33,495 nt of DNA from positions 1 to 33,495 of the forward strand of contig JAUCBJ010006270.1 in NCBI GenBank assembly GCA_032718475.1, read 5' to 3'. The DNA is from Nemertoderma westbladi. Its lineage: Eukaryota; Animalia; Xenacoelomorpha. A model generated the notes under the pieces. It was not told the DNA's origin and did not search any database. It was given only the letters and a program-made list of their open reading frames with translations. Position 1 is the first letter of the stretch, and the number at the start of each line of letters is the position of its first letter. The translations under genes were made by a program, and so were the position numbers. Positions 13,229 through 23,815 of this stretch are shown in pieces.

Positions 13229-13504
13229 CCACTACCGCTACAACTACTATAATCAGACAGCTGCATCTAAGCTGCCCATTGAGATGTTATGCTGGCTTAA
13301 CAAGAATGTTTTTTGTCACCACCATGCTATGAACAATTAATTGGCAAGCCCAATGCAGCGTGCATTAAGAATGCTATGCCGGCTTATGATATCAACATGG
13401 CTGCACCGCCACAACGACAACACCCTAACCCACATGGACCCCACGAATTTCGCGAGATTACCTGCATCAAACATCTAGTTCCTCTGCTTCACACTCTTAT
13501 TATA

Positions 13505-14313
13505 CCCTGTGTAACGTCTTATTATAATCCCTGTAACTCAACTGTAACGCCCTGCCAATCCTTGTAGCTATAACGCCGTATTAATCCGAGTAACCCACAT
13601 GTAAGATGTAACACCGAAAAATCCGGGTAATTCACCTGTAACGTCGTACAAATCCGTGTAACCCACCTGTAACGCCGTACTAATCCGTGTAATTCACCTG
13701 TAACGCCGTACTAAACCGTGTAACTCACATGTAACGCCGTACCAATTACCAATCAGTTTAACTCACCTGTAACGCCGTACTAATCCGTGTAACTCACCTG
13801 TAACGCCATACAAATCCGTGTCACGCACCTGTAACGCCGTACTAATCCGTGTAACTCACCTGTAACGCCATACAAATCCGTGTAACGCACCTGTAACGCC
13901 GTACTAATCCGTGTAACCCACCTATAACGCAGTACAAATCCGTGTAACTCACCTTGTAACGCCGTACTAATCAGTGTAACTACCTGTAACGCCTTACAAA
14001 TCCGTGTAACTCACTTGTAACGCCGTACTAATCAGTGTAACTCACTTGTAACGCCGTACAAATCCGTGTCACGCACCTGTAACGCCGTACTAATCCGTGT
14101 AACTCACCTGTAACGCCGTACTAATCCGTGTAACTCACCTGTAACGCCGTACTAATCCGTGTAACTCACCTGTAACGCCGTACTAATCCGTGAAACACAC
14201 CTGTAACGCAGTACTAATCCGTGTAACCCACCTGTAACGCCGTACTATTCCGTGTAACCCACCTATAACGCCGTACTAATCCGTGTCACTTACCTGTAAC
14301 GCCGTACTAATCC
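13505..14313 (-). repeat. 31-bp tandem array made of copies of the exon 1/intron 1 junction, ~26 units
   Basis: Minus-strand unit GGATTAGTACGGCGTTACAG|GTGAGTTACAC versus the true junction GGATTAGTACGGCGTTACAG|GTAAGTGACAC. Units degenerate toward 13505. Confidence 0.95.
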
Positions 14314-15037
14314 CCTGTTCTTCTTTCCCCAGCCCGTAACCCTCCTTATATCCATATTTCGCCATTATTTTAGTGGCAACGTTGTTCATCTCGAAGTCTG
14401 ACTGCGTCGGCGGCACCGGGGGCGAGCCGTTCCTTTTCCGTTTCGCCGATGGAAACAGAATCGAGGCGGCTGCGGGTTTAGGAGGAAGTCGAGGCCCGTC
14501 CCGTCTGAGTTTATCGCGGGAGGAATCCTTATCGAGATCGAGGAGTGCCTTGGGAGGAGCGATAGCAGCACCTCCGGGCATACCGGAGCCAGACCGGTCG
14601 GAGGAACGATAGGGAGGCGAAGAGGATCGGTAAGGAGGCGAAGAGGGGCGGTAAGGAGGCTCGGGAGAGCGGCCCGAATCGTCATCTCGGTCACGACGTC
14701 GTCGACGTCCAATCCTTCGCTCCTCCGATATGATCTTATCGTAATCGTTGGGTCGGGTCGGGTCGTATTCGTCCTCTACCGGGGCTATAAAGTCCTCCCG
14801 GAGGCTGTTCGACGGTTCGCGGTTCGGTACCGGGTTGTTCATTGCAGCTCGTCCCAATGAGAGTTTGCTTGGCTTCGCGGTTTGTTTGGATAGCTGTGTC
14901 GTGGAAGAGGCAGCTTTCTTTGGGGCTAACTGGGTTTGGGTTTGCATCATTTGGTACCCTTTCCCCCACCCGACGGCTTCGTGATTGTCTGTCGGATGGT
15001 CTGATTCCCCCAAGCCAATGTCGTCGTATAGAGACAT
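14294..15037 (-). CDS. RBM17: RBM17/SPF45 (splicing factor 45) coding exon 1, 248 codons
   Basis: MSLYDDIG N-terminus, SPF45 motif DEYDPTRPNDYDKI, GAAIAPP, and G-patch VATKIMAKYGYKEGYGLGKEEQGISTAL. Donor CAG|GTAAGT at 14293. Confidence 0.95.
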
Positions 15038-15373
15038 TGTTTTGCTGTTTTGTTTGACTGTTTTCCGTTTTCAGTGAGGAGCGGAGCGGATCTATCACTG
15101 TCTGACTGTCTGACTGTATCAGTCTATGTCGGTATGTCTATTCAGTTATTCGGATTCACTAGTTCCTGAGTTCAGTACTGCAGTAGGCCTTGCTTTATAC
15201 CAGTATACTGCTGTACTGTCTGCTGGTCCTGGCTGCCTGGTCTGAGTCTGACTGCTGGACTGTAGTCCAGTAGTCTGGTAGTCGTAGTACAGTAGTACTG
15301 TAGTGTAGTAGGCCCCTAGTTACTTTCGACTTATGCACTTATGTACTGGTTCTGGGTTCCGGCAGAGGCCTAC

Positions 15374-15802
15374 GGGGCCGTCCAAGTATGACGTCAGCAC
15401 TTTAGGGGGGGGAGGGGGTTTGGGAAAATCTGATGACGTGCTGATGAGGGGAGGGGAGGGGGTCAGCCAAAATCTGACGTCAGCATGTTCATTTATAGGT
15501 GCTAGAAGAGATATAGCAGAAGAGTAAATAGCTTGCCTATTTTAATTGTTCGAAGGCCCGTAGCACGACCTTCTGTTTCAGTTACCAGTCACCATGTTTC
15601 AGTGATTAGGACGATTTGAATGATTTACAAGTGATTATAAATAATCTTCATAATATAATAGTTTATTACAAAAATTTTTTTTAATCTGATTTAGGGGAGG
15701 GGGGGGGGGGGGGGTCAACGCCTATCTGATGACATCTGATTTAGGGGAGGGAGGGGGTCAACATTTTGGGGAAAAGTGCAGACGTCATACTTGGACGGCC
15801 CC
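15374..15802. mobile_element. PIF/Harbinger-like MITE, 30-bp TIRs, 3-bp TSD TAC
   Basis: TIR GGGGCCGTCCAAGTATGACGTC(A/T)GCACTTT, 29/30 identical; TAC at 15371-15373 and 15803-15805. Confidence 0.88.
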
Positions 15803-16610
15803 TACTAACAACATCAATATCAAATGAAGCCATTCCTGATTCCTCTCCTGACAGCTTGAAGACTTATGTAATATTCGCCTGCCCTAGCTGTATCTGTCAA
15901 TTGGAATACTGTACCATCATTCTTCCACAGTTTGGAGCCCATTTCTAGACAAATGTTGCCAGGTTGCCGCAAAGGTTGACGTGGTTTATACAATATGTGG
16001 ACTTGATTCTTTTGTTAGTTATATACGACTTTTCGACTGGAGACTCTATACTGACTGGCCATACTCAGGCCATACTGGCCAGGTCATGATTGCATTGGAT
16101 GTCTGGCTGGGATATTAAAATAGTCTGCGAGGATTTTGCACATTGTTGTAATGGAGGATCAGGTTTAGATCTTTACATATAAGTTTAAAGCATATTATCA
16201 AATTGAACTTTAATTGATGTATACTGTTGTAGTAGGTAGTGGTTCCAACTATAGCACGAGATAGCAAAATGTGTTAGTTAGTGCTGTTATACCTCTTCAA
16301 TATATAAAAAGTGTATATATACATTACATAATACAGTAAATATACTTAATAAATAAATTAATCTATGAATCATACTGTAGTTTAATTTTCAATTACATAA
16401 GATAAGGGCTGAAGGGGATACGTATCACACTAGAGGCGCCAGATTTTCACATCTCTAGTTGGCCTCGCAGTCGCAGGTGAACGCCAACCCTAAGTCATGA
16501 GGCTCTAATCTAATAATTTTTGTGTAATTTCGGAAATTACTACTACCAGACCGGTACGGTAATACTGCAGTACTGTAATAGCAAACACTGTAGCCTATAT
16601 GGGATATCAG

Positions 16611-17519
16611 CCAGGTTGGAATTCATGCTGCAAAACTCGGCCGTACCTGCGCGAATGACCGCAAACCAGATGCGCGTTGCGCGTTTGGGTGAGACAGGTG
16701 CGCGTTCGGGTGTGAGACAGGTGCGCGTTGCGCCTCAGCGCGCAGCTCTGCCTCTGATGCGCACCACAAATTAATTGAAATCACGAAAATACACAAAAAA
16801 ATTTCGCTCGCTGCGCTCCCATTAGTTTCTCGTTTCCAATTCTTCAAACAGTCAAATCACTTCACCATAATACTGTAATACCGGCAACCGGAGCTGAATT
16901 TGTCTATTTATTTTAACTACAGTCTACAGTGCTCTATTGTTGTATTGTTATTAGGTCTATGCTATGCCGATGTTACGTTAGTAAACAGGTAAAGTCAGAA
17001 AGTAACAATGTATTATAAGTATGACTTAATTATAAGCCAACTGTATGTTTAAGCCTAATTGTTAGGTAGGCCTATACAAAGTATTATTAGACTGGTAGCC
17101 TACCTATTTCAATATTCGTTTTTTTGAAATTACCGGTACATGTTTTGTTTGTAATCTAAAATAATATTTTCTGTTATAAAAGCAGTGAGCCCGATGGGCC
17201 ACCATAGTAGTGGATTAAAAAAATATTTTTTAATATTAACAATTTTGATGTTGCAAAAATTACATTTATTATGTAAGCCTAGATTCAACGTACAGACAGA
17301 CAGACGTAAAGATAAGCTTAAAACGCTCAAACTTGTAAAATAGGAATGTAAAATTGTTCTTATGAACTGTGCGATTTTTTGAGATATGCATGACATGAGC
17401 TGCGCGATTTTGTTTGGATTATGACATATGATGAGGTGCGCGACGAGCCAATTTCAGGTGCGCGGTGATTTCAAAACAACAAAGCGTACCTGCGCGCTCA
17501 TGCATGAATTCCAACCTGG
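16611..17519. mobile_element. Non-autonomous TIR DNA transposon (hAT-like), 8-bp TSD GATATCAG
   Basis: 18-bp TIR CCAGGTTGGAATTCATGC; TSD at 16603-16610 and 17520-17527; subterminal AGGTGCGCG/CCTGCGCG motifs. Confidence 0.88.
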
Positions 17520-18409
17520 GATATCAGGATACTGTAACAAACTGTTGAAATTTCATAGTAGGGGATAAGTAGGCTGGTAGGCAGATACAGTAGGCCTACT
17601 TCACACTAAACTGCAGTATTCTCTGACTGTCTGTTTGTAGTCTGGTTCTGGTAGTAGTGAGTGACACACACCCTCTACAGCTCTACCCAGCTGCCCTCCT
17701 AATCCAGTAATGGTACACTTATACATTATACAAAAAAATACAATCATCTCTGATCTCATGTCTCATGATTAGCGTAGCGTACCACAATATATTCCGATCG
17801 GGATATTTACAAAATACCTATATGATTTTCACTCTGCAATATCTTTTGAAAGCCCTAACAACACTTTGTGGGGCACAAACGAATATAACCCATTTTTTCT
17901 GATCTATCTGCTGGATGGCGCTTTTTTATAGTTTAGGTCGCTTTTTGGAAAGGTTGAATATATCGAGGTAGAATAAAACGTCTGTCCTTATCTGATCTGA
18001 TCTGATCTGACAGCATCTGATCCTACAACCAATCAGGAGAAAGAGATATAATATTTACCTAACTGTCTGTTAGGTAAATAGCCAGTAGCTGAATAGGGGA
18101 TCACGTTTCACGTTGCCCTGTTAAGTATCAGTATCGGTATCATCATATGAAGTAGCAGTACAGGCATACCGGTATGCATCTAAGTGCACAAAGGCATGTA
18201 ATTATATTTATATATTATATTAAAAATGCGATATAGGATGAAGGTTTGTTACGCTAAAGGCAGAAAGGGAAGGCAGGGAGGGGTATCTCTAAGCCTACTG
18301 GGTAGGCCTAGTGTGTATATGAAGAAACACTTAACATGCCCCATATTGCCAGCTGATACAGTGGTGTTTACAGTATGCCTAGACGATGAAGGAATATCTG
18401 AATACGGGA

Positions 18410-18690
18410 AGGTGGATGGGGATGTGGGAATTAATAAACGCTGTTGTTACCTTCCAATTGAAGGAAAAGAGCAGGTTACAGCGGCTGTAATTTCTAACCA
18501 AAACAATAAACGACAATTGTTACCTACCAATTGAGGGAAAGGAACAGGTTACAGAGACAGGGTTTTCTAACCAAAACAATAAACGATTTTGATACCTACC
18601 AATTGAGAGACAGGAGAATGTTACCGCGGCTGACTTTTCTAACCAAAACAATAAACAACCAGCGGGCACCTTCCCACATTCCCATCCACC
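18410..18690. repeat. ~72-bp tandem repeat (3 copies) enclosed by 20-bp inverted repeats; probable MITE remnant
   Basis: Units TGTTACCT(T/A)CCAATTGA...TTCTAACCAAAACAATAAAC at ~18446, 18518 and 18590; flanks GGTGGATGGGGATGTGGGAA and TTCCCACATTCCCATCCACC. Confidence 0.7.
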
Positions 18691-19219
18691 CACACACCCA
18701 TGTGGCAATAATAGGCTGATAAATAATTAGCATAAACATAATTAGTTAAGTACTATTATGTAGTAGTAAGGTATTCTGGTATTCTTCACATGGGCTAAGA
18801 ATACCAGACTTTGCCGTTATATTTCACTTTGCAGTTACCCCCATGTGAAGAATACCAGGTTTTCACCAAAAACACAGGTTACAGAAGGGCTGAATATAAC
18901 CCAAACAATAAACGAATTAGTATATGTCTGTATGTACAGGTTATAAGCCATAAATAAGCTCTCTATAATACACTTAATAAAGATAAACAAAAAAAAATTA
19001 AAATCTGCATACCGTATATAAAATTCCAATAAAAGTCGACCGAAAAGGTAAATCCTGGTATTCTTCACATGGGCCGGCATCAAAATTTGGCTCCAGCCGC
19101 TAAAAACAAGTTTAAAATTTCTAGCTTATTTTATTTGAATTCCTTTTAGTTCGTTTCAGTTAGTATCGTTGTTTCAGAGGGGGAGGTGTTATATTGACCC
19201 CCCCCCCCCCCGTGTTTAA

Positions 19220-19428
19220 GGGGAATACCGGGGAAACTTCACATGCTGACATGGGCAGAAACTCCAGTACTCATTTAGCTATCATTTAAGGATGCAAGGC
19301 AGAGATTCCTCGTTAAACCCTTAAAAACATTCGTGCCGAAACGAAAACTACCTTGGCCCCCATGCCGGGATTGAACCCACAACCTCCACGAGACGTGAAT
19401 TCAATATAACCACTACACCAAGGTGGAC
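19220..19428 (-). mobile_element. tRNA-derived SINE (degenerate)
   Basis: Minus-strand A box TGGTGTAGTGG (19420-19410) and B box GGTTCAATCCC (19377-19367), followed by a non-tRNA body with GCTAAATGAGTACTGG; no complete cloverleaf. Confidence 0.7.
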
Positions 19429-19814
19429 TCTGAACCAAGGCTGCAAGGTGGAACAAGTGTCAGATACCGTCAGATCAGATCAGATCAGATAAGGACAGAC
19501 GTTTTAGCCATCCTAGAATATATCCCGATCGGGATATGTAAATATCCCGATCGGGATATATGAATATATCATAAATTTTTTAAATATTGTGATTTGAAAA
19601 GTAAAAAATGTTTTTTTGTAAAGACTGCAAGAGAATATCTATTTTAATTAAAATATTGTTGAATCCAACCAATGTATATTGTTGTTTGTAATAATTTTAA
19701 TGATATGTTTTATTGCATGTCAATATTGACATCTAATGTCAATATTGACATGAACGCTGGGTTCTTATGTTCATTCCACCCCCACCAAATCTATTTAGAG
19801 GCCTTCAAGTAGCA

Positions 19815-20132
19815 TCACAAATACCAGAATACTGAAACGAGCTGTCAAAACGCTTTAGTTAGAGGCATTCTTGCTGCAATATAAATACTAAAAAGAGCTT
19901 TTGAAACTATTCAGGCCTTCGCGCAGCATGTTAAATACTAAAAAAGAGCTACTAAAACTGTTCAGAGTCCTTTGTGCAGCATGATAAATGCTGAAAAAAA
20001 ACACTTGAAGTTGTTCAGAGGGCTTTGTGCAATATGAGAATGCCGAAAATGGCTGTTGAAACTGTTCAGAGGCCTTCATGCAGCATATGATAAATACTGA
20101 AAAGAGCTGTTGAAACTGCTAAAAGGCATTCA
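19815..20132. repeat. Degenerate ~50-bp tandem repeat (AAATACT.AAAAGAGCTGTTGAAACTGTTCAGAGGCCTT.GTGCAGCATG), ~6 units
   Basis: Visible recurring motifs; ends where the LINE tail begins. Confidence 0.7.
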
Positions 20133-21860
20133 TACTACTACTACTAGTTCGAGCGAACTCGGAAGGTGGAAATGAGATCCTTCCAGGCTTCCCGATTCTC
20201 CATAGTTGTCGCAATTTCGTTTCTCCCAAGTTCAGTATCCCTTTCAAGTTGATCTATATATGTTATGGCCGGTCGTCCACGACTACACTTTCCATGAGTT
20301 GGTTGCCAGAGAAGTAGATCTGGTATCACCTCGTCTTTACTTCGCCAGCAGTGCCCACTGAATCTTAATCTGCGTTCACGGAGGGTGGTTGATACAATTG
20401 GTATTGTTCCATAAAGCTCGGCGTTTGTCATGTGGTGTCTCCAGCTGATGTTTAGGGCTGCCCTTAGTAGTCTGTGTAGCAACCATCAATTCGTTGTTCA
20501 AGTGATTTAGTCACCAGGCTTCACGATTCTCCATAGTTGTCGCAATTTCGTTTCTCCCAAGTTCAGTATCCCTTTCAAGTTGATCTATATATGTTATGGC
20601 CGGTCGTCCACGACTACGCTTTCCATGAGTTGGTTGCCAGAGAAGTAGATCTGGTATCACCTCGTCTTTACTTCGCCAGCAGTGCCCACTGAATCTTAAT
20701 CTGCGTTCACGGAGGGTGGTTGATACAATTGGTATTGTTCCATAAAGCTCGGCGTTTGTCATGTGGTGTCTCCAGCTGATGTTTAGGGCTGCCCTTAGTA
20801 GTCTTGTGTAGCAACCATCAATTCGTTGTTCAAGTGATTTAGTCAGTGTCCAGGTCTCACCCCCGTATAAAAATACACTTTCCACTGTGGCTCGACAGAA
20901 CTTAGTCTTCAGGTGCCTGGAGAGATCTGATTTCCAGATGGTATCCATTTTTGATAGAGCTACCCAAGCCTTTGCTTTCCTAACTTCTATGTCCTTTTTG
21001 CTACTCTCTATCCATGATCCAAGGTACTGGAAGTCATCGACCTTCCTTAGTTGATTATTATCAATGGTTGTCAAGTTTCCATCAACATTAAAGGTCATGA
21101 ATTCGGTCTTTGTAGCATTTATATGCAATCCAACCTCCTTAACAGCTCTCTCCACTTTATTTAGTAGAAGCTGTGCATCTGCTAGCGTATTAGAGAGCAG
21201 GGTGATGTCATCCGCAAAGTTGGTGTCTGTGACTGTAGTTGCCGGATATCTACTACTTCTGCGTTCTTGAAGTGTGAATCCCAGATCTTCACCCTTTGTG
21301 GCCGTCCTCATTGCGTAATCCAGCACAATTACAAATAGTAATGGTGCTAATGTGTTGGGTTTGCTGGCTCTCAAACTGAGTCTTATCTCTGCAGTCAAAA
21401 TTCTGTGGTCCGAACCAATTAGGTTGAACGAGCTGTATGCCTCGCATTTGATCATGCTGTTTCTCCACTTTTTGTTTATAAGGATGTAATCCAGTTGTGC
21501 TTTGGTTCCATTAGGGTATTGAAAGGTCCATAGCTTCCCCTTACTCTTTTCGAATGTGTTGTTTGTTGGTATCAATTCACATTCTTCCATTAGGTCTAAA
21601 AGTAAGTACCCATTTCTGTTAGAACTGGTGTTATAGGTGTAACCCTTGATGTCTTCTGGGCCAATTTGCGCATTCAGGTCACCAGCAATGACTTTAACAT
21701 TGTGTCTCGGAATGTCCTTTATAAGTCCAGTCAGTTCTTCATAAAACTTGACTGCTTGTTCTGGCTCTGAGGCATTGGTTTGACTGTAGCAACATATAAC
21801 TGTTGCCTTAGGATTCCCATCAAATGTTGCGATCATAACCCTGGAATTTATAGATTCGAT
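20133..21860 (-). mobile_element. RTE-clade non-LTR retrotransposon: 5'-truncated, internally deleted, 3' segment duplicated, (TAG)n tail
   Basis: APE endonuclease motifs (GDLNAQIG, QLDYILINKKW, GSDHRIL) fused to RT C-terminal motifs (TLAPLLFVIVLD, FADDITLL, FQYLGS, LYGGETWTL, RLRFSGHCWR, RSRGRP). TAGTAGTAGTAG follows the ORF end at 20146-20135. Confidence 0.92.
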
Positions 21861-22042
21861 GTGGGGCGAGCCAAGAAGTGAGTGAGCCTTAAAGCGTAGT
21901 GGTACCATTAATCATCCAGTCGTTCTTCTTCAATTTTAAACGTTAATAACTCGGCCAATCTTTGATGAAATCTATCCAAACTTGGTACACATGTTGTTTG
22001 GCAAAAGTTTATAAATTTTCCAAGTTGAATTTCCATGTGGCC

Positions 22043-23815
22043 CCTGTATGGAATCCATCCAAAAAGTGCGCCGGATAGCGCGCCGACCAATTTTTATGCG
22101 CGCCGCGCGCCGATGCCATTTCGAAGAAAAACCCCGCGCCAACTAAATTTTTAAGCACGCCGATGCAATTTCGAAGAAACCCCGCGCCAACTAAATTTTT
22201 AAGCGTGCCACACATTGAAACAATTTTGAAGAGCGCCACGCCAATGCAAATTCAATTTTGAGGGAGTGTAACCAATCTGTCAATGTCAGTCAGTATTGCT
22301 GTACCAGTCCCTGCTGCCCTATATCTGTATCTGTGTATACAACAGTAGCCTAACCACTGAACCATACAAAGAAAAAGAAAGGCGAGCGAAGCGAGCCGAA
22401 ATTTTTAAACAGCTAATGCAATTAAGGCACTTCCATAATTGTTAAACCTGTAAACTAACAAATCGGCGCCGGTTTTTATTTTTGGGAGCGCCACGCGCCT
22501 ACCTATATCTCATCTGTATACAACAGTATAGCCTAACCACTGCAGCACTGAACCATATAACAGAAAAAGAAAGGCGAGCGAAGCAAGCCGAAATTTTTAA
22601 ACAGCTAATGCAATTAAGGCACTTCCATAATTGTTAAACCTGTAAACTAACAAATCGGCGCCGGTTTTTATTTTTGGGAGCGCCACGCGCCTACCTATAT
22701 CTCATCTGTATACAACAGTATAGCCTAACCACTGCAGCACTGAACCATATAACAGAAAAAGAAAGGCGAGCGAAGCAAGCCGAAATTTTTAAACAGCTAA
22801 TGCTATTTTTAAGGCACTTATCCATAATTGTTAAACCTGTAAACTAGGGCTCGATCGGAGCTCCGGCCTCCGGCTCCGGCTCCGGCCATTTTGGCACCTC
22901 CGGCTCCTGCTCCGGCTCCGGTAAAAATATTGCCGGAGTTAATTTTTTAATAAAGTATTATATTTCGTGCATATTCTAATCTGAACAATTATTTACACTA
23001 AGTACTGAAGTAAGTACTGTAGTACAGCTTCAATATCAAGCATAATACCGGTACTGCAGTATTACTTAAAGTCAATGACTGACTGACTGTACTGCAGTAC
23101 TGGTACTGGCCAGCTGGCTGACTAGCAGACTATTACAGATAGGCCCTACTGTAAAAAATTGTAAATGCTATGAATGTACACTGTAGCACTGTAGCTGTAC
23201 CACTGCAGCCATTTACTGCTGTCATGCCATGCCAGCATACTGTACTGCAGTACTCTGGTACTGGTACACGTACGGTAGGCTACCTACAGTACAGTACACA
23301 CCTCTACCACAGTTCAGCAGTTAGTGAGTTAGGTACTGTTGGTAATTTTTAGCCGTCAGCGTCTGGCCGTCTGTCCGTGATAAATTAATTACTTAAATTT
23401 TAAATTGAAAATTCGTAAATCTATAAATTATGAAATTAATTAGACCTACAGTATGATTGATTATGAGCGATTGGCGAACGATAACCATACTTTATTTTTT
23501 TTAAATAAATAATTAAATTTTTAAAATTTTTGAAAAACTCCGGCTCCTGCTCCGGCCAAATTGTCAAACTCCGGCTCCTGCTCCGGCTCCGGCCAAATCC
23601 CAACTCCGATCGAGCCCTACTGTAAACTAATAAATCGGCGCCGGTTTTTATTTTTGGGAGCGCCAAAGCTGAAAGCCGGCGCGCTTTACGATTTTCAAGC
23701 GCGCCACGCGCCAAAGTGGGCGCACTTTACGATTTTCGAGCGCGCCACATTGGCGCGCTTTTATTGCAAAGTGCGCCGGATTAATCCGGCGCAAAGTGTA
23801 TGGATTCCAGTCTGG
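22043..23815. mobile_element. Non-autonomous TIR DNA transposon, 8-bp TSD ATGTGGCC, with a 192-bp internal tandem repeat and a nested MITE
   Basis: Imperfect TIRs CCTGTATGGAATCCAT / CCAGACTGGAATCCAT; TSD at 22035-22042 and 23816-23823; GCGCC subterminal motifs; 192-bp unit, ~2.8 copies at 22320-22844. Confidence 0.82.
22845..23619. mobile_element. hAT MITE nested in the 22043-23815 element
   Basis: Perfect 16-bp TIR TAGGGCTCGATCGGAG; 8-bp TSD CTGTAAAC at 22837-22844 and 23620-23627; (CTCCGG)n subterminal repeats. Confidence 0.93.

Larger units (their letters stand above)
17780..19590. repeat. Inverted repeat pair with (TCTGA)n and ATCCCGATCGGGAT palindromes; two opposed copies of one repeat, or a composite TIR element
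   Basis: 17975-18020 is the near reverse complement of 19460-19505; 17790-17810 pairs with 19538-19558. Confidence 0.65.

Noticed and set aside
10431-13332. YGYYC/YGYNC ORFs resembling keratin-associated or shell-matrix proteins
   Set aside because: A 15-bp satellite open in several frames, with frameshifting variants and no signal peptide; intronic.
13505-14313. CRISPR-like array (also considered for the 24-bp and 44-bp arrays)
   Set aside because: Head-to-tail units without unique spacers, no cas genes, eukaryotic context.
18776-19075. CTGGTATTCTTCACATGGG motif in direct and inverted copies
   Set aside because: Probably a DNA transposon remnant, but termini and TSD could not be defined.
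19350-19428. Functional tRNA gene
   Set aside because: Only A and B boxes are recognisable; acceptor and anticodon stems do not pair convincingly, so it is called a SINE head.
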